The position numbers and the translations under genes are program-made. Below the pieces are notes generated by a model. That model was not told the DNA's origin and made no database searches. It saw nothing but the letters and a program-made list of their open reading frames with translations. Shown here one piece after another: positions 10,244-22,025 of a stretch of 64,000 bases of DNA. Each line of letters starts with the position of its first letter. Within the stretch, counting starts at the first letter, position 1. The DNA is from Octopus sinensis. Taxonomy: Eukaryota. Where the stretch lies: assembly GCF_006345805.1 (NCBI RefSeq), contig NC_043003.1:48174001-48238000 (forward strand). The letters run 5' to 3'.

Positions 10244-10977
10244 ACGGCAAAAAATTGTTTGGTGAACATTATTATGATAATGTCGGTAATGCAGTTGTGA
10301 CGATAAAAGTTTGTAATTATAATCGCATACTGTAAGATGTGGACGATGAACAATGGATGAAGTTTTAAGAAAGTATTTATTTACCGTTACGTTACAATAC
10401 CATGCCTCGACGAGCAGGTTGTGATAAATCCAAAAGCATGCAAAGTAAAGTTTGTTTTTTGTATCCTCTTCATTGTTTAGTAGTAATTGCTGAGACAGAT
10501 AGAATGATGTTGTAAAAGAACAGAATTAGAGCTAGTGAGAGTGTGGGACGTTGTTGACAGTAAACTTCTTTTCTCCCTCTGACCAATGTTCTAGCTGGTC
10601 AGCCAGACTCCGTTGAGTCGTCACGACTGTGACGAACTTGGTTGAGTCGTCACCCGGCTGGTGACTAACTCCGTTGAGTCGTCATGACTGTGACGAACTG
10701 ATTTTTGCTTGGGATGTGCTGGTTTATATAACTATCCAGAAGGATAGATATATCATTGAGAACAATAGATTTAGTTGGTGGTCTTGTTATCTATTCTAGC
10801 TTTTGGTGGATTAGAAGAGGTTAGAAAGGGTCAAGTAGTGAAAACATTATTTCGGCCTAGCTAAAGGCATCTGGAAAATGTAAAACTGCTGTCAGTGAAA
10901 AACCATTGTTCCATCGTGGGAAAAGTTCTGTAGCAGTGTTAATTTAAATTTGGCTATGATGGATCGAATCCACTTCA
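10240..10977 (-). mobile_element. Solo LTR, same family as 39057-39791
   Basis: TG...CA ends (TGTAACGG / GAATCCACTTCA), colinear with 39057-39791. Orientation taken from the PBS next to the second copy. Confidence 0.8.
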
Positions 10978-10992
10978 TACATGCAAGATTCG

Positions 10993-11044
<52 letters not shown>

Positions 11045-11045
<1 letters not shown>

Positions 11046-11450
11046 TATAGGATAAATGTAAAAAAACACAACTGGGACAAGAACGCAAAACATTTAGAAG
11101 ACGATACAAAAAAACGGACGGCACATTCGAAGCCTTCGATCTTCAGTCAAAAACCGGATCATCTTCGCAATTTCGACTGATTAATTTTGAGATTGCTCCG
11201 ACCTGGCCAGCCCCAAAGGAAAATCTAAGCCAAGCGCATTAGATTCCTTGGAAGAAAGCCTCGAATGTATACAAAACAAGGACGGGAACGGATAAGAATA
11301 CAAAAATACGTAAAAATAATAATGATAACACGAATAAGAATACGAAAATACGTAAAAGCAATAATGATAATAATAATAACAAAAACAGGACGTTACAGAC
11401 AGGTGTCTTTTCGACAGGACGGGTGAACTTGAGCTGGCGCATTGAAAAAT
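11045..11450 (-). mobile_element. Probable PLE-type terminal fragment
   Basis: A-rich repeat next to (TA)n. Minus strand has GACTGAAGA followed by a TCGAA/TTCGA hairpin. Confidence 0.35.
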
Positions 11451-11719
11451 TGCCTAAAGGCGAAGAGAGAAATAAAATGTGTCTGGCCTATACGGCTGTT
11501 GATCACGAAAAGGCAGGACAGCAGTCCAAAAGTTAGTCACGTATGAGCGGGACAGCGGAAGAGAGAGAAAAATGGAACAATGAACAAAGGAGGAGGAGGG
11601 GCGAGAGAGAGAAAGAGAGTGCAAAGTGTGAAAGGTAGAGAAATGTAGGAGAGGGGGAGAGAGAGACAGTGTTGTAGAGTCGTACCATGTATTAGAGAAA
11701 AAAAAATATATATATGATG

Positions 11720-11865
11720 GACTTCTTTCAGTTTCCACTCACAATGCTTTGGTCGGCCCGAGGCTATAGTAGAAGACACTTGCCCAAGGTGCCACGCAGT
11801 AAGACTGAACCCGGAACTATGTGGTTGGAAAGCAAGCTTCTTATCACACAGCCACTCCTGCACCT
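11720..11865 (-). mobile_element. SINE family A head
   Basis: Reverse complement of AGG(T)GCAGGAGTGGCTGTGTG...CTTGGGCAAGTGTCTTCTACTATAGCC...GGAAACTGAAAGAAG. Confidence 0.85.
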
Positions 11866-12064
11866 GTGGATTTTTTCGTATCGAAGTACGATAAGCTGAA
11901 AAAATTATTCCAAATTTCACAGTAGGCAGCCAGAGTTGCCAGGTATGCGATATACACCTTGCTTGAATCTTTACCGTTTTCGAGGTTCCGCTCGCTATGA
12001 AACATATGTAGACCGGATTTTATCTACTCCATTCTTTAACTCTAGGTCTGTATTCTTTAATTCT

Positions 12065-12262
12065 CTTATTCTTTGACTTGTTTCAGTCATTTGACTGCAG
12101 CCATGCTTGAACACCGCCTTTAGTCGAACAAATCGACCCCAAAACTTATTCTTTGTAAGCCTAGTACTTATTGTATCGATCTCTTTTTGCCGAACCGCTA
12201 CGTGACGGGGACGTAAACACTCCAACATCGGTTGTCAGTCGATGGTGGGATGACAAGCACAT
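12065..12262 (-). mobile_element. SINE family A tail
   Basis: Reverse complement of CAACCGATGTTGG...GCGGTTCGGCAAAAAGAG...CAGTCAAATGACTGAAACAAG. Confidence 0.85.
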
Positions 12263-12649
12263 CAGTGTCACCTCTGATGGCATGCATTGCTCTCTCACTC
12301 ACTAATAATAATAATAAGTGCCCTGATGCAGTACCAGGCAATGGCTTTCATGCCTTCTGATTTTAACTGATTTGAAGTGTTAACATGTGCATGTTTTGTT
12401 TTGGTGTAAAAGAAAGACAACAACAAATATTCAGCTCAATGCTGCAGATTTGTTTGTCATGCTTGTATGTCAACACCCAGATACACACATGCAACTTCAT
12501 ATTTGTGCCTTCATTCTATGTCTATGCAAACTCAACTTTTTTTCCGACTCAACGCTACACACGTCAGACGTTTAATCATGCTTTCTCCGCCCTTGCTTCT
12601 AGTCACAACTTACCTCTGTAAGACCCCATGATGGTCACGGTATATATAG

Positions 12650-13150
12650 AGAAAATTTGTCTGCCTGTTTCAACGCACGAGCATGTCACACTTGTCATTT
12701 TGCTTACCCACAGCAACACCAAACTCATTTCGTCGCTGCACTTCTTTCAAGGCACTTAATACAGCATGCACACTTTTGCCTGAAAATTTTTAGATTATAT
12801 TATGGATTGAAAATGCACCCTTGCCTAATCTCTTACCAATGAAAGGCCGCAGTTGCACTCTTCTCGCCGTATATTCATTACTGAATCACGCGCACGCTCA
12901 CTTAACGCTGCCCCGAAGTCAAATCCCACACTGCATATTATGCACACAAAACGACATTTAACTATTCGGACCCACTCGAATAAATACCTATTCTGTAAGC
13001 ATCACCACAGATTCTCTCCCCGGATATCCATGATTTTTCTGGCCTGGCATGGCTCCACATCCATCTCCAACTTAACACTTTGCAGTCACAATTTTGGAAG
13101 TTCTTCAGTTTTTATTGTGAACATTCTTGCAACTTTTCCCATTATTGATC
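12650..13150 (-). mobile_element. Heavily decayed RTE-like RT relic
   Basis: Minus strand AGG CAA GGG TGC ATT TTC AAT CCA (RQGCIFNP) resembles the RT GVRQGCILSP motif. Many stops. Confidence 0.4.
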
Positions 13151-13185
13151 CTATGTCTTCGACAAATTATCTGGGAGAAAAGTGA

Positions 13186-13958
13186 TGTAGCGAACAGGTA
13201 CAGAATAGCTAAGCTAGGATTCGATACCGAATTCACATTTTACCACATTATCAAACAAACCCTCGATCTATTGTCTCAGCCCTTTTTGCATTCAGAGACC
13301 TCTTTATCTTTCTCAGGGCATTTTTCGGTCAATTCTGATTAAGGACGAAAGACCCTATTGTTCTAGCTAACCTAATTCGATTACCAGAAAGTAATAAATC
13401 ACAAGCAAATAGCTATCATTCTCTTTGGTAAATTCGGCGCCAACCAAGAACATTCGACCGGTCTTTAGTCAAACACTAATACACGAGAATAGACTTACAA
13501 CTCTCTAATTATAAAGGTACTATTACTATATTTTTCTCCCAAACCGTCAGAGAAAAAGCTAGCAAATATAAGAACAAGAGACAAATATTTTACTGTTTCT
13601 ATAAACATGTATACAAGTAACCCGATGAGACCGTCTGGTTGAGTTGGGCGCCAAACAGTTTTTGTAAGATAAAAAGTGGGAAAATTTTTAGATCATCCGA
13701 GGAGCCATGTCATGCCACAGCTTTACGCTGGTTAGTTAATTTATAGATCAATCACGTGAAACTGTGGTGTCTCACTCGTGATGCCTACTTGAATATCTTA
13801 TTGTTGGGGTTCGGATCCCTACTCATAAAACAATAGCTGCTGTCATCTTCGCCATTATACTGTAAATGCATAGTGGTATGTCAATTTCGGTATCGTGGAT
13901 ATCTGCCCATTTTAATAGTAAACTAAGATCTGAACGAGTTTGAATGTGTTTCGCTACA
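13186..13958. mobile_element. Possible solo LTR or TIR element
   Basis: 9-bp terminal inverted repeat TGTAGCGAA / TTCGCTACA about 770 bp apart. No TSD. Confidence 0.3.
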
Positions 13959-14507
13959 TTCAGATTTTGTAAATGTTAGTTTAGGCGAAATGTGAAAAAA
14001 AGTGTGTGTGTGTGTGGAGACATCGTAATCGTAAGAAAACAGAGTCTGTATGAACGAACATAGTTACGTCATGCATTATTGTTTCATGCTAGCAACGAAG
14101 GTATTTATACACTGCGCTTATTTTATTGTTTATTTTACTTACTATAAAGGTAACAAAGCAAAATGTAGTCATAAGGTCACACCTATTTTGACATACATTT
14201 GTACTTCTGAATGTGCATGGGGTCTTTTTCCCATGACTTGATTCGTCGTCATTTTCAATAAAAACATGCCCTTTCATTTACTTTCTTTGTTATAATACCA
14301 TAAATTCATCCCTGTCGCCGTATAAAGTATCAAAACCATGACAAGGCCAAATTTATTTATTTCAACTCTTTTATCGCTTGTATCTCAATTCAAATTGTAC
14401 CGCACGCGCGCGCGTGTAACACGGATTTTCAAGCGAACAACTGCAAAAAGCTGTGTTGTATTCTTATGATTAAGTAATACTGTGGTCGGCTGACACACAC
14501 AACTAGC

Positions 14508-17500
14508 TGTTGTTGTTATATATATAACATGTATTGAGTATTAAAGGAAGTAGTGAGTACTTAGTATGAAAGATTAAGAAAATGAGAGAGACTGAAAAAA
14601 CGTGTTAACGATACGAGATACTTTATTAGACTGCCGTTGTTGTACAAGGTATTTGTTGTGGCGGGAAACTTACTGAATGTCCTTGTATCAAGGGAGACAA
14701 TGGGCAACGTTGATTGTTCATGTTTGTTGTGATGATTACATAACATCTTCCCTTTTTATTTATTTATTTATTTATTTTTATCTGTATCTACAGGGAATAA
14801 TTATTCGTCGTCCACTTTTTGTGGTTTTATTATTTTGTAGTGTTGAATTCTGTAGTTGTGCTGTTTTTGTTTTTTCATGCGTGTTTGTTGACTTTGGAAA
14901 TATATTTTCATAATCTAATTCTTCTGTTATGCGAACGTGTTCGTTTGTTTTAAGAATATGTTGTCTATTTCGTTTGACTGTATTACCTTCCTCTGTTATT
15001 ACTAAGTATGAACGAGGTTGCTCTAGGTTTTTAATTATTTTGCCCCTTCTAAACCAATTGTTGTTAAACTTAATTCTAACCGTGTCGTGTGGTTTTAACT
15101 CTGGGAGTTCTGTTGTGATGTTTGATTTCTTCTTTTCTTGAGGCCTGATACCAATTTTGTCGTGTTGTAAGTTTGGGAGATTTGTTCGCAATGTTCTATT
15201 CATTATTTGACTTGCAGGGGATGGTGCACCATTTTGTAATTTAGTCGTGCGTAATGCTAAGAGCGCAAACTGAGGTTCTTCGCCACTTTTGAATGCCTTT
15301 TTTAGCGTCTTTTTTATTGTCTGTATATTTCTCTCAACCATGCCATTCGCTTGATGATAATGCGGGCTTGTCTTCGTGTGATGAAAATGCCAATTTTTTG
15401 CAAATTTTTTGAATTCAGCTGAATTGAATTCTGGACCGTTGTCACTTACAACTGTTTGCGGAATTCCGAATTTAGCAAAAGTTTCTTTTAATTTTTTGAT
15501 TACGGTTTTTGACTGGCAATCATTTATTTCGTGTAGATCAAAAAATCTTGTTGTATAGTCAATAATTGTGACATACGAATTTCCAGACAGGTGAAATACG
15601 TCTGTACCCACTTTGGTCCATGGTGTAGTAGGTATTTCATGATTTATTAGTGGTTCGGCTGATTGTTGGTTTTTGTAGTCGATGCAGTATGAGCATGTGT
15701 TAATCATGTCTTTGATTTGAGCGTTAATGCCAGGCCAGTATATACATTCCTTCGCTCTCTCTATGCATTTTTCGATACCCATGTGTCCGGTATGTATTTC
15801 CTGTAGAGCTTCTCTACGTAATGACTTAGGTACAATTATTCTTGAACCTTTTAGAACGAGACCATTGACGATTGATATTTCATCACGAACGGAGACGAAT
15901 GGTTTGATGTTTATTGGTATTTTGTCTTTTGGGGGCCATTCTGTTCTTGTATATGTGATGAGTGTCTGTAGTGACGGGTCGTCTGCAGTGGCTTCTTTAT
16001 ACTCGTTTAATTTAGTGTCGGTTATGGGGTAATTTTTTATTACTGCATGTATGTGCGATTTCATATCTTCGTCTGATACTTCTGGAGTATTTTGCTCAAG
16101 GTATGCACGTGATAGGGTATCTGCAACAATTGATTCTTTACATTTTTCTATTATGTCGTTTGTGTTCGACGAATTTATTTTTGAAATTCTCTGAATTAGG
16201 TTCAGATCTTTAGCTGTCTTTGCATCTATAACTGCGTGCGAGTTTGTTTTTGCAACAATGAATTTTATTTGTTTTGATAATTCTTTGTATTTAATGACTG
16301 CTGTGCATTTTCCTAGCACTTTTATAGCTGTGTTATTGTAAGCTGATAATCGAGTTGAGGTTTTTTGCAGTTGTGGTTTTGGAATTATATTTCTATATTC
16401 TCTGAATGGCAGTACGGTTACGTCTGCTCCAGTATCAATTTTGAATGTTACATTCGAGTTGTTCACTTTTAGTTCGACCGTCCAAATGTCTTTTGGAGTC
16501 TTGAACTTTTCGATTTTGTGCACGTGGGAATTATTTGCAGTGATCATTTCGAGTGCATGTGTATCGTCATCTGATTCATCGTCGGTATGTATCTCTACTT
16601 TATGTACAAATTTTCTTGATTTGCACATTTTTGCATAGTGTCCTTGTTTCTTGCATTTTTCACATGTCTTGTGAAATGCTGGGCATTTATTTCTTTTGTG
16701 ATTATAACCACAATAGTGACAGTTAGTTATGTAGTGTTGACTTGGCGGTTGAAACTTCGCGGGCTTTCTGTCACTTCCGCCTTGTTCGTTTTGATGTCTG
16801 GATTGCATATGGCGAGTTATTTGAGTTTTGGCGCCTTTTCTGTCGTGTTGACTATATACCCTCGAGATTTCGTTATCTCTTGTTTCGGATGTGGCATTTA
16901 GCATCCTTGATTGGAGTCGTGTTTGCTCCGCACTCTGACCTGCTTGAATTGTTTTTTGTAAGTCTAAATTTGGTTCTCTCAATAATCTTTATCTTAATCT
17001 CATGTCTCTGATTCCACATATCAGAATATCTTTGGTGAGACTGTCTGTGAGGTTGCCGAATTCGCACTGTTGTGCCTTTTGGCGCAACTCTACCACGTAC
17101 TCATCGAATTTTTGATGTTCCGCTTGTCCACATGTGAAGAATTTGTGTCTCGGGAAAGTTATGTTTTTCCTGGGTTCACAATATGCATCGAATTTTTCGA
17201 TTACTGTTTGAAGGTTCATTTCTTCGTCGGGTGAATCGAAATCCAGAGTGGAATGGATGTCTCGGCCTTTGGAACCGATGCAAGTTAAAAACATTGAAGT
17301 TTTTACTTTGTCTGACTTTATGTCACTTTCTGTTGCTATCAAAAAGCGATTGAATTCTTTTTTCCACTTTTTCCATGCTGCGGCTAGATTTTCCTGATTA
17401 AAGTCTTTTGGATGTGGTAAATTTTCCATTTCGTCTTTGAAGTATGATTTCAACTTCTTTTTTCTTTTGGTTTCTGTATTTTGGGTTCTTTTAGTATTCT

Positions 17501-17745
17501 GACACCATGTTGTTGTTATATATATAACATGTATTGAGTATTAAAGGAAGTAGTGAGTACTTAGTATGAAAGATTAAGAAAATGGGAGAGACTGAAAAAA
17601 CGTGTTAACGATACGAGATACTTTATTAGACTGCCGTTGTTGTACAAGGTATTTGTTGTGGCGGGAAACTTACTGAATGTCCTTGTATCAAGGGAGACAA
17701 TGGGCAACGTTGATTGTTCATGTTTGTTGTGATGATTACATAACA
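14508..17745 (-). mobile_element. Ty3/Gypsy-type LTR retrotransposon, RT/RNase H-deleted, recent insertion
   Basis: 238-bp LTRs (14508-14745, 17508-17745) with one mismatch seen; TG...CA ends; 5-bp TSD CTAGC; PBS TGGTGTCAGAA (matches tRNA-Leu 3' end) at 17497-17507; polypurine tract AAAAAGGGAAGA at 14746-14757. Confidence 0.97.
14778..17429 (-). CDS. Gag-protease-integrase polyprotein, one in-frame TAA at 16989-16991, no RT/RNase H
   Basis: ORFs 16989-17453 and 14778-16982 are in the same frame (RDMRLR*RLLREP). Gag Cys/His knuckles (CHYCGYNH...C, CEKCKKQGHYAKMC), protease FKIDTGADVTV, then IIEKCKE-SIVADTLSRAYL, integrase HHCC and D,D(35)E (GTDVF, SDNGPEF, NGMVERNI). Confidence 0.9.
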
Positions 17746-18029
17746 CTAGCAACCTATAATTCCAGTTAGGAGCTGGCTGGAGCAGTACACCTGCCTTAAT
17801 GAAAGAGGGTTGCACTCTATAACTGGAATAATGGAACGTGAATTCCACCATATCATAGTCAGCACACATAAGTCACATAATACATGCATGGAGTGGGTGC
17901 GTGCAAAGCTACTTTTCATATGTTGGACCAGGAAGAAAAACTTTAAAAGATTTAAAAAAAACTTTTCGGTACTACTTTAGCGTGCATTCTACCGCAGTCT
18001 CCATAGTTTTCGCTGTGAAATGACCTGAT

Positions 18030-18263
18030 CGGGTTTAGGGTTACAGTTAGGGTTAAGGGCCAGGGTTAGGATTAGGGTTTAGGGTTAGGGTTTGGAGTTA
18101 CGATTAGGATTTCGGGTTAGTGTTAGACTGTATACTAAGGTGTAAATAGCCAGGTAGGGTTAGGGTTAGGGTTAGGATTAGGGTTTAGGGTTAGGGTTTG
18201 GAGTTACGATTAGGGTTTCGGGTTAGTGTTAGACTGTATACTAGGGTGTAAATGGCCAGGTAG
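18030..18263 (+). repeat. Interstitial TTAGGG-like tract with a 106-bp-period tandem duplication
   Basis: Degenerate GGGTTA/GGGTTT repeats. Units 18063-18157 and 18169-18263 are nearly identical. Confidence 0.85.
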
Positions 18264-18395
18264 ACCGCACACTGAACTGGCATCTCGTTTTCTATCTCAG
18301 ATTTTTTTTTCTTTTTGCTCCCTATAATCAAGACATGTATTTGGTAGGAGCAAAACGACCTATCAGGGTGTATATAACATATTGTACATAATATT

Positions 18396-18980
18396 TATTT
18401 CTTTATTGACCACAGGGGGCTAAACATAGAGTGGACAGACAAAGGGATTACATCGATCCCAATGTGTAACTGGTACTTATTTAATCAACCACGAAAGGAT
18501 GAAAGGCAAAGTCGACCTCGGCGGAATTTGAACTCAGAACGAAATACTGGCACACGAAATACCTATTTCTTTACTGCCCACAAGGGACTACACACAAAGG
18601 GGACAAACAAGGGCAGACAAACGGATTAAGTCGATTATATCGACCCCAGTGCGTAACTGGTACTTATTTAATCAACCCTGAAAGGATGAAAGGCAAAGTC
18701 GACCTCAGTGGAATTTGAACTCAGGACGTAGCGGTAGACGAAATACCTATTTCTTTACTACCTACAAGGGGATAAACACAGAGGGGACGAACAAGGACAG
18801 ATAAACGGATTAAGTCGATTACATCGACTCCAGTGCGTAACTGGTACTTAATTTATCGACCCCGAAAGGATGAAAGGCCAAGTCGACCTTGGCAGAATTT
18901 GAACTTAGAACGTAACGACAGACGAAACACGGCTACGCATTTCGCCCGGCGTGCTAACGATTCTGTCAGCTCTCCGCCCT
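18396..18980 (-). mobile_element. SINE family B, one head plus three tandem bodies
   Basis: 15-bp TSD ATTGTACATAATATT (18381-18395, 18981-18995). Units joined at AAAGAAATAGGTATTTCGT. Confidence 0.9.
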
Positions 18981-19001
18981 ATTGTACATAATATTGAACA
19001 C

Positions 19002-19477
19002 AGGCGCAGGCGTGGCTGTGAGGCGAGAAGCTTGCTTCTCAACTACGTGGTTTCGGATTCAGTCCCGCTGTGTGGAACATTGGGCAAGTGTCTTTAACTA
19101 TAACCTCGGGCTGACCAGAGTCTTGTGAGTGGAGTTAATGGATTTGGTAGATGAAAACTGAAAGCCGTCCTATATATAATAAACATAGACACAGTCAAAC
19201 ACAGAAACATAGATACACATCATACATACATATACACATACATACATGTGTGTGTGGGGCGGGGTTGTTTGTGTCTGTGTTTGTCCTACACCACCGCTTA
19301 ACAGCGGGTGTTGGTGTGTTTGCGCCTCCGTAACTTAGCGGTTCGGCAACAGACCGATAGAATAAGTACCAGGCTTAAAAAAGTAAGTCATGTGGTCGAT
19401 ATATTCAACTAAAACTCTACAAGGCGGTGCCCAGCATGGCCGCAGTCAAATGACTGAAAGAAGTAAAAGATAAAAAA
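19002..19477 (+). mobile_element. Full-length SINE family A
   Basis: tRNA-like head with A/B-box-like motifs, central microsatellite, tail CAGTCAAATGACTGAAAGAAGTAAAAG. Confidence 0.9.
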
Positions 19478-19531
19478 ATGAATATACATTATTACAGCAA
19501 TTGTCAAACTTTCATGATTGCTTTCCTAACT

Positions 19532-20079
19532 GCGAATTTTTTTCCCACGCGAGTTCCGGACCCCAGCAACGAACTCATTTGCATACAGCCAATCAGAGCT
19601 CACCTTGACCTTGTTATCAAGTTGAAAACACACTCTACCAAGTAAACCCAAGACGAAGAACGTTGTTGTAAGTCTACCGACTGCCATGTTATGTCTGATT
19701 TTAGAAGGAGACAAGAATTTGTGTTGCATCTATACCTATTATCGGATTTTGTTAGGGCCCCATATGGTACGTAAAGATGTGAATGGGAAAAATGTGTGTA
19801 GAAGGTGACGCGCTAGCAACCTTCTCCCCTTACTGTTTTACAAAGTAAATAACAACGCAAATATCGACGCAGAGGTAGCCATAGTTGAAATAAGAACAAG
19901 AACAACAAGCATTATTAAAGGAGAAAAGAAGCATGGCTCATTCCTTACCCAAGTAACCTTACCTTATCACCCATCACTTGTTATGCGCTCATAAATTGGT
20001 TTGAAAGTTGAGCTCTGATTAGCCGTATGCAAATGAGTTCATAACTGGGGTCCGCAACTCTCGTGGGAGAAAATTTCGC
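19532..20079. mobile_element. Mutator (MULE)-like MITE
   Basis: About 80-bp imperfect TIRs starting GCGAA; 9-bp TSD TTCCTAACT (19523-19531, 20080-20088). Confidence 0.85.
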
Positions 20080-20619
20080 TTCCTAACTCACAGCAAATCA
20101 ATTAAAAGGTTACCGGCACACTTTTGAATCAAAAGTAAAGAAATGCTTGTGTACTTTACATTGAAAGCTTAAAGTTAAAAAGGTACTTACTCATACGCAT
20201 ACATACATACATACATACATACATACATACATACATACATACATACATGCATACATACATACATACATACATACATACATACATACACACAATGTGGTGC
20301 ATAGTATATGTAAGAGATGAGATGGTCACGGTTAGAATGCATTTGATTATAAGTCTTCTCAATAATTGCTGGCTAAGAGCTTTAAAAAATAGCAAATTTC
20401 ACTCGACACTATCATTGGAGACATTTGAAAAATTTGCTTTAGTGTACCGAGCAGTGAGATCTTATACGGGACCTCTTGATCTTGAAACGAACATCTTAAC
20501 CATTTGGTCACAAAGAAAACACACACACACACACACACACACATCAACAGAATGCGGTTTCTGACGTTTATAATTAGCAAAGCAAACAGAAAAACTGAAG
20601 ATATGGTAATATAAATTAA

Positions 20620-21156
20620 TATAAATGTAGCGGAGCAAAATGCTTAACCGTATTTCGTCCGTCTTTTTTTTTTCTCTATCATCCTTTCGATGTCGATAAA
20701 ATAAGTACCAGTTATATTTGAAACCAATATAAGGCGGCAAACTAGCTAAATCATTAGCAAGCCGAGTGAAATGCTTAGCGGCATTTCGTCCGTCAGTACG
20801 TTTTGAGTTCAAATATTGTCGAGGTCAACTTTGACTTTCATCCTTTCGGGGGTCAATAAAATAAGTACCAGTTGAACACTGGGGTCGATGTAATTGACTT
20901 AGCTCCTCCTCGAAAATGTTGGTCTTGAACCAAAATTCGGAACCAATATCATATACGAATATAAAGTAGGCGTTTCGTCCGTCAGTACGTTTTGAGTTCA
21001 AATATTGTCGAGGTCAACTTTGACTTTCATCCTTTCGGGGGTCGATAAAATAAGTACCAGTTGAACACTGGGGTCGATGTAATAGACTTAGCTCCTCCTC
21101 GAAAATGTTGGTCTTGAACCAAAATTCGGAACCAATATTATATACAAATATAAAGT
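20620..21156 (+). mobile_element. Cluster of SINE family B fragments including an about 189-bp tandem duplication
   Basis: TTCGTCCGTCAGTACG...ATAAAGTAGGCGT is repeated at about 20785-20973 and 20974-21162. Confidence 0.8.
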
Positions 21157-21587
21157 AGGCGTAGGAGTGGCTGTGTGGTAAGTAGCTTGCTTACGGACCA
21201 CGTGGTTCCGGGTTCAGTCCCATTGCGTGGCACCTTGGGCAAGTGTCTTCTACTATAGGCTCGGGCCGACCAAAGCCTTGTGAGTGGATCTGGTAGACGG
21301 AAACTGAAAGAAGCCCGTCGTATATATGTATATATGTATATGTATGTGTGTGTATATATGTTTGTGTGTCTATGTTTCTGTATTTGCCCCCCCCCGCCCC
21401 CAACATCGCTTGACAACCGATGCTGGTGTGTTTACGTCCCCGTAACTTAGCGGTTCTGCAAAAGAGATTGATAGAATAAGTACTAGGCTTACAAAGAATA
21501 AGTCCTGGGGTCGATTTGCTCGACTAAAGGCGGTGCTCCAGCATGGCCACAGTCAAATGACTGAAAGAAGTAAAAGAGTAAAGAGTA
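21157..21587 (+). mobile_element. Full-length SINE family A
   Basis: AGGCGTAGGAGTGGCTGTGTGGTAAG head, central (TA/TG)n, canonical tail. Confidence 0.9.
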
Positions 21588-21589
21588 AA

Positions 21590-22025
21590 CTAGCTGGCAG
21601 AATCGTTAACATGCTGGGTAAAATGCTTAGCGGCATTTCATCTGTCTTTACATTCTGAGATCAATTCCACCGAGGTCGACTTTACTTTTCATTCTTTTGG
21701 GTTCTATAAAATAAGTACTTGTTGGTCACCGGTGTCCATGTAATCGATTATCTCCATTCTCCCAAAATTTCAGTCCTCGACTTATTCAATTTCAGTCATA
21801 ATCGACTTAACCCCGCCCCCCGAAATTGCTGGCCTTGTGCCAAAACCAATATTGATTTTTCAGAGGAGGGAATAAGTGCTCGAATGGTACTTATTTTATC
21901 GACCTCTAAATGATAAAAAGAGATAAATTGGGCCTTCGGCGAATCTTGAACTCAGAACGTAAAGACGGACGAAATACTGCTAAGCATTTTGTCTGGCGTG
22001 CTAACGATTCTGCCAGCTCACTATC
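21590..22025. mobile_element. Two SINE family B copies in opposite orientation
   Basis: Plus copy from CTGGCAGAATCGTTAAC (about 21593); minus copy ending GCTAACGATTCTGCCAGCTC (about 22019). Confidence 0.75.

Noticed and set aside
11115-11150. Minus-strand CTGAAGA-TCGAAGGCTTCGA-ATGT
   Set aside because: GAAA is replaced by GAAT and no stem I can be formed.
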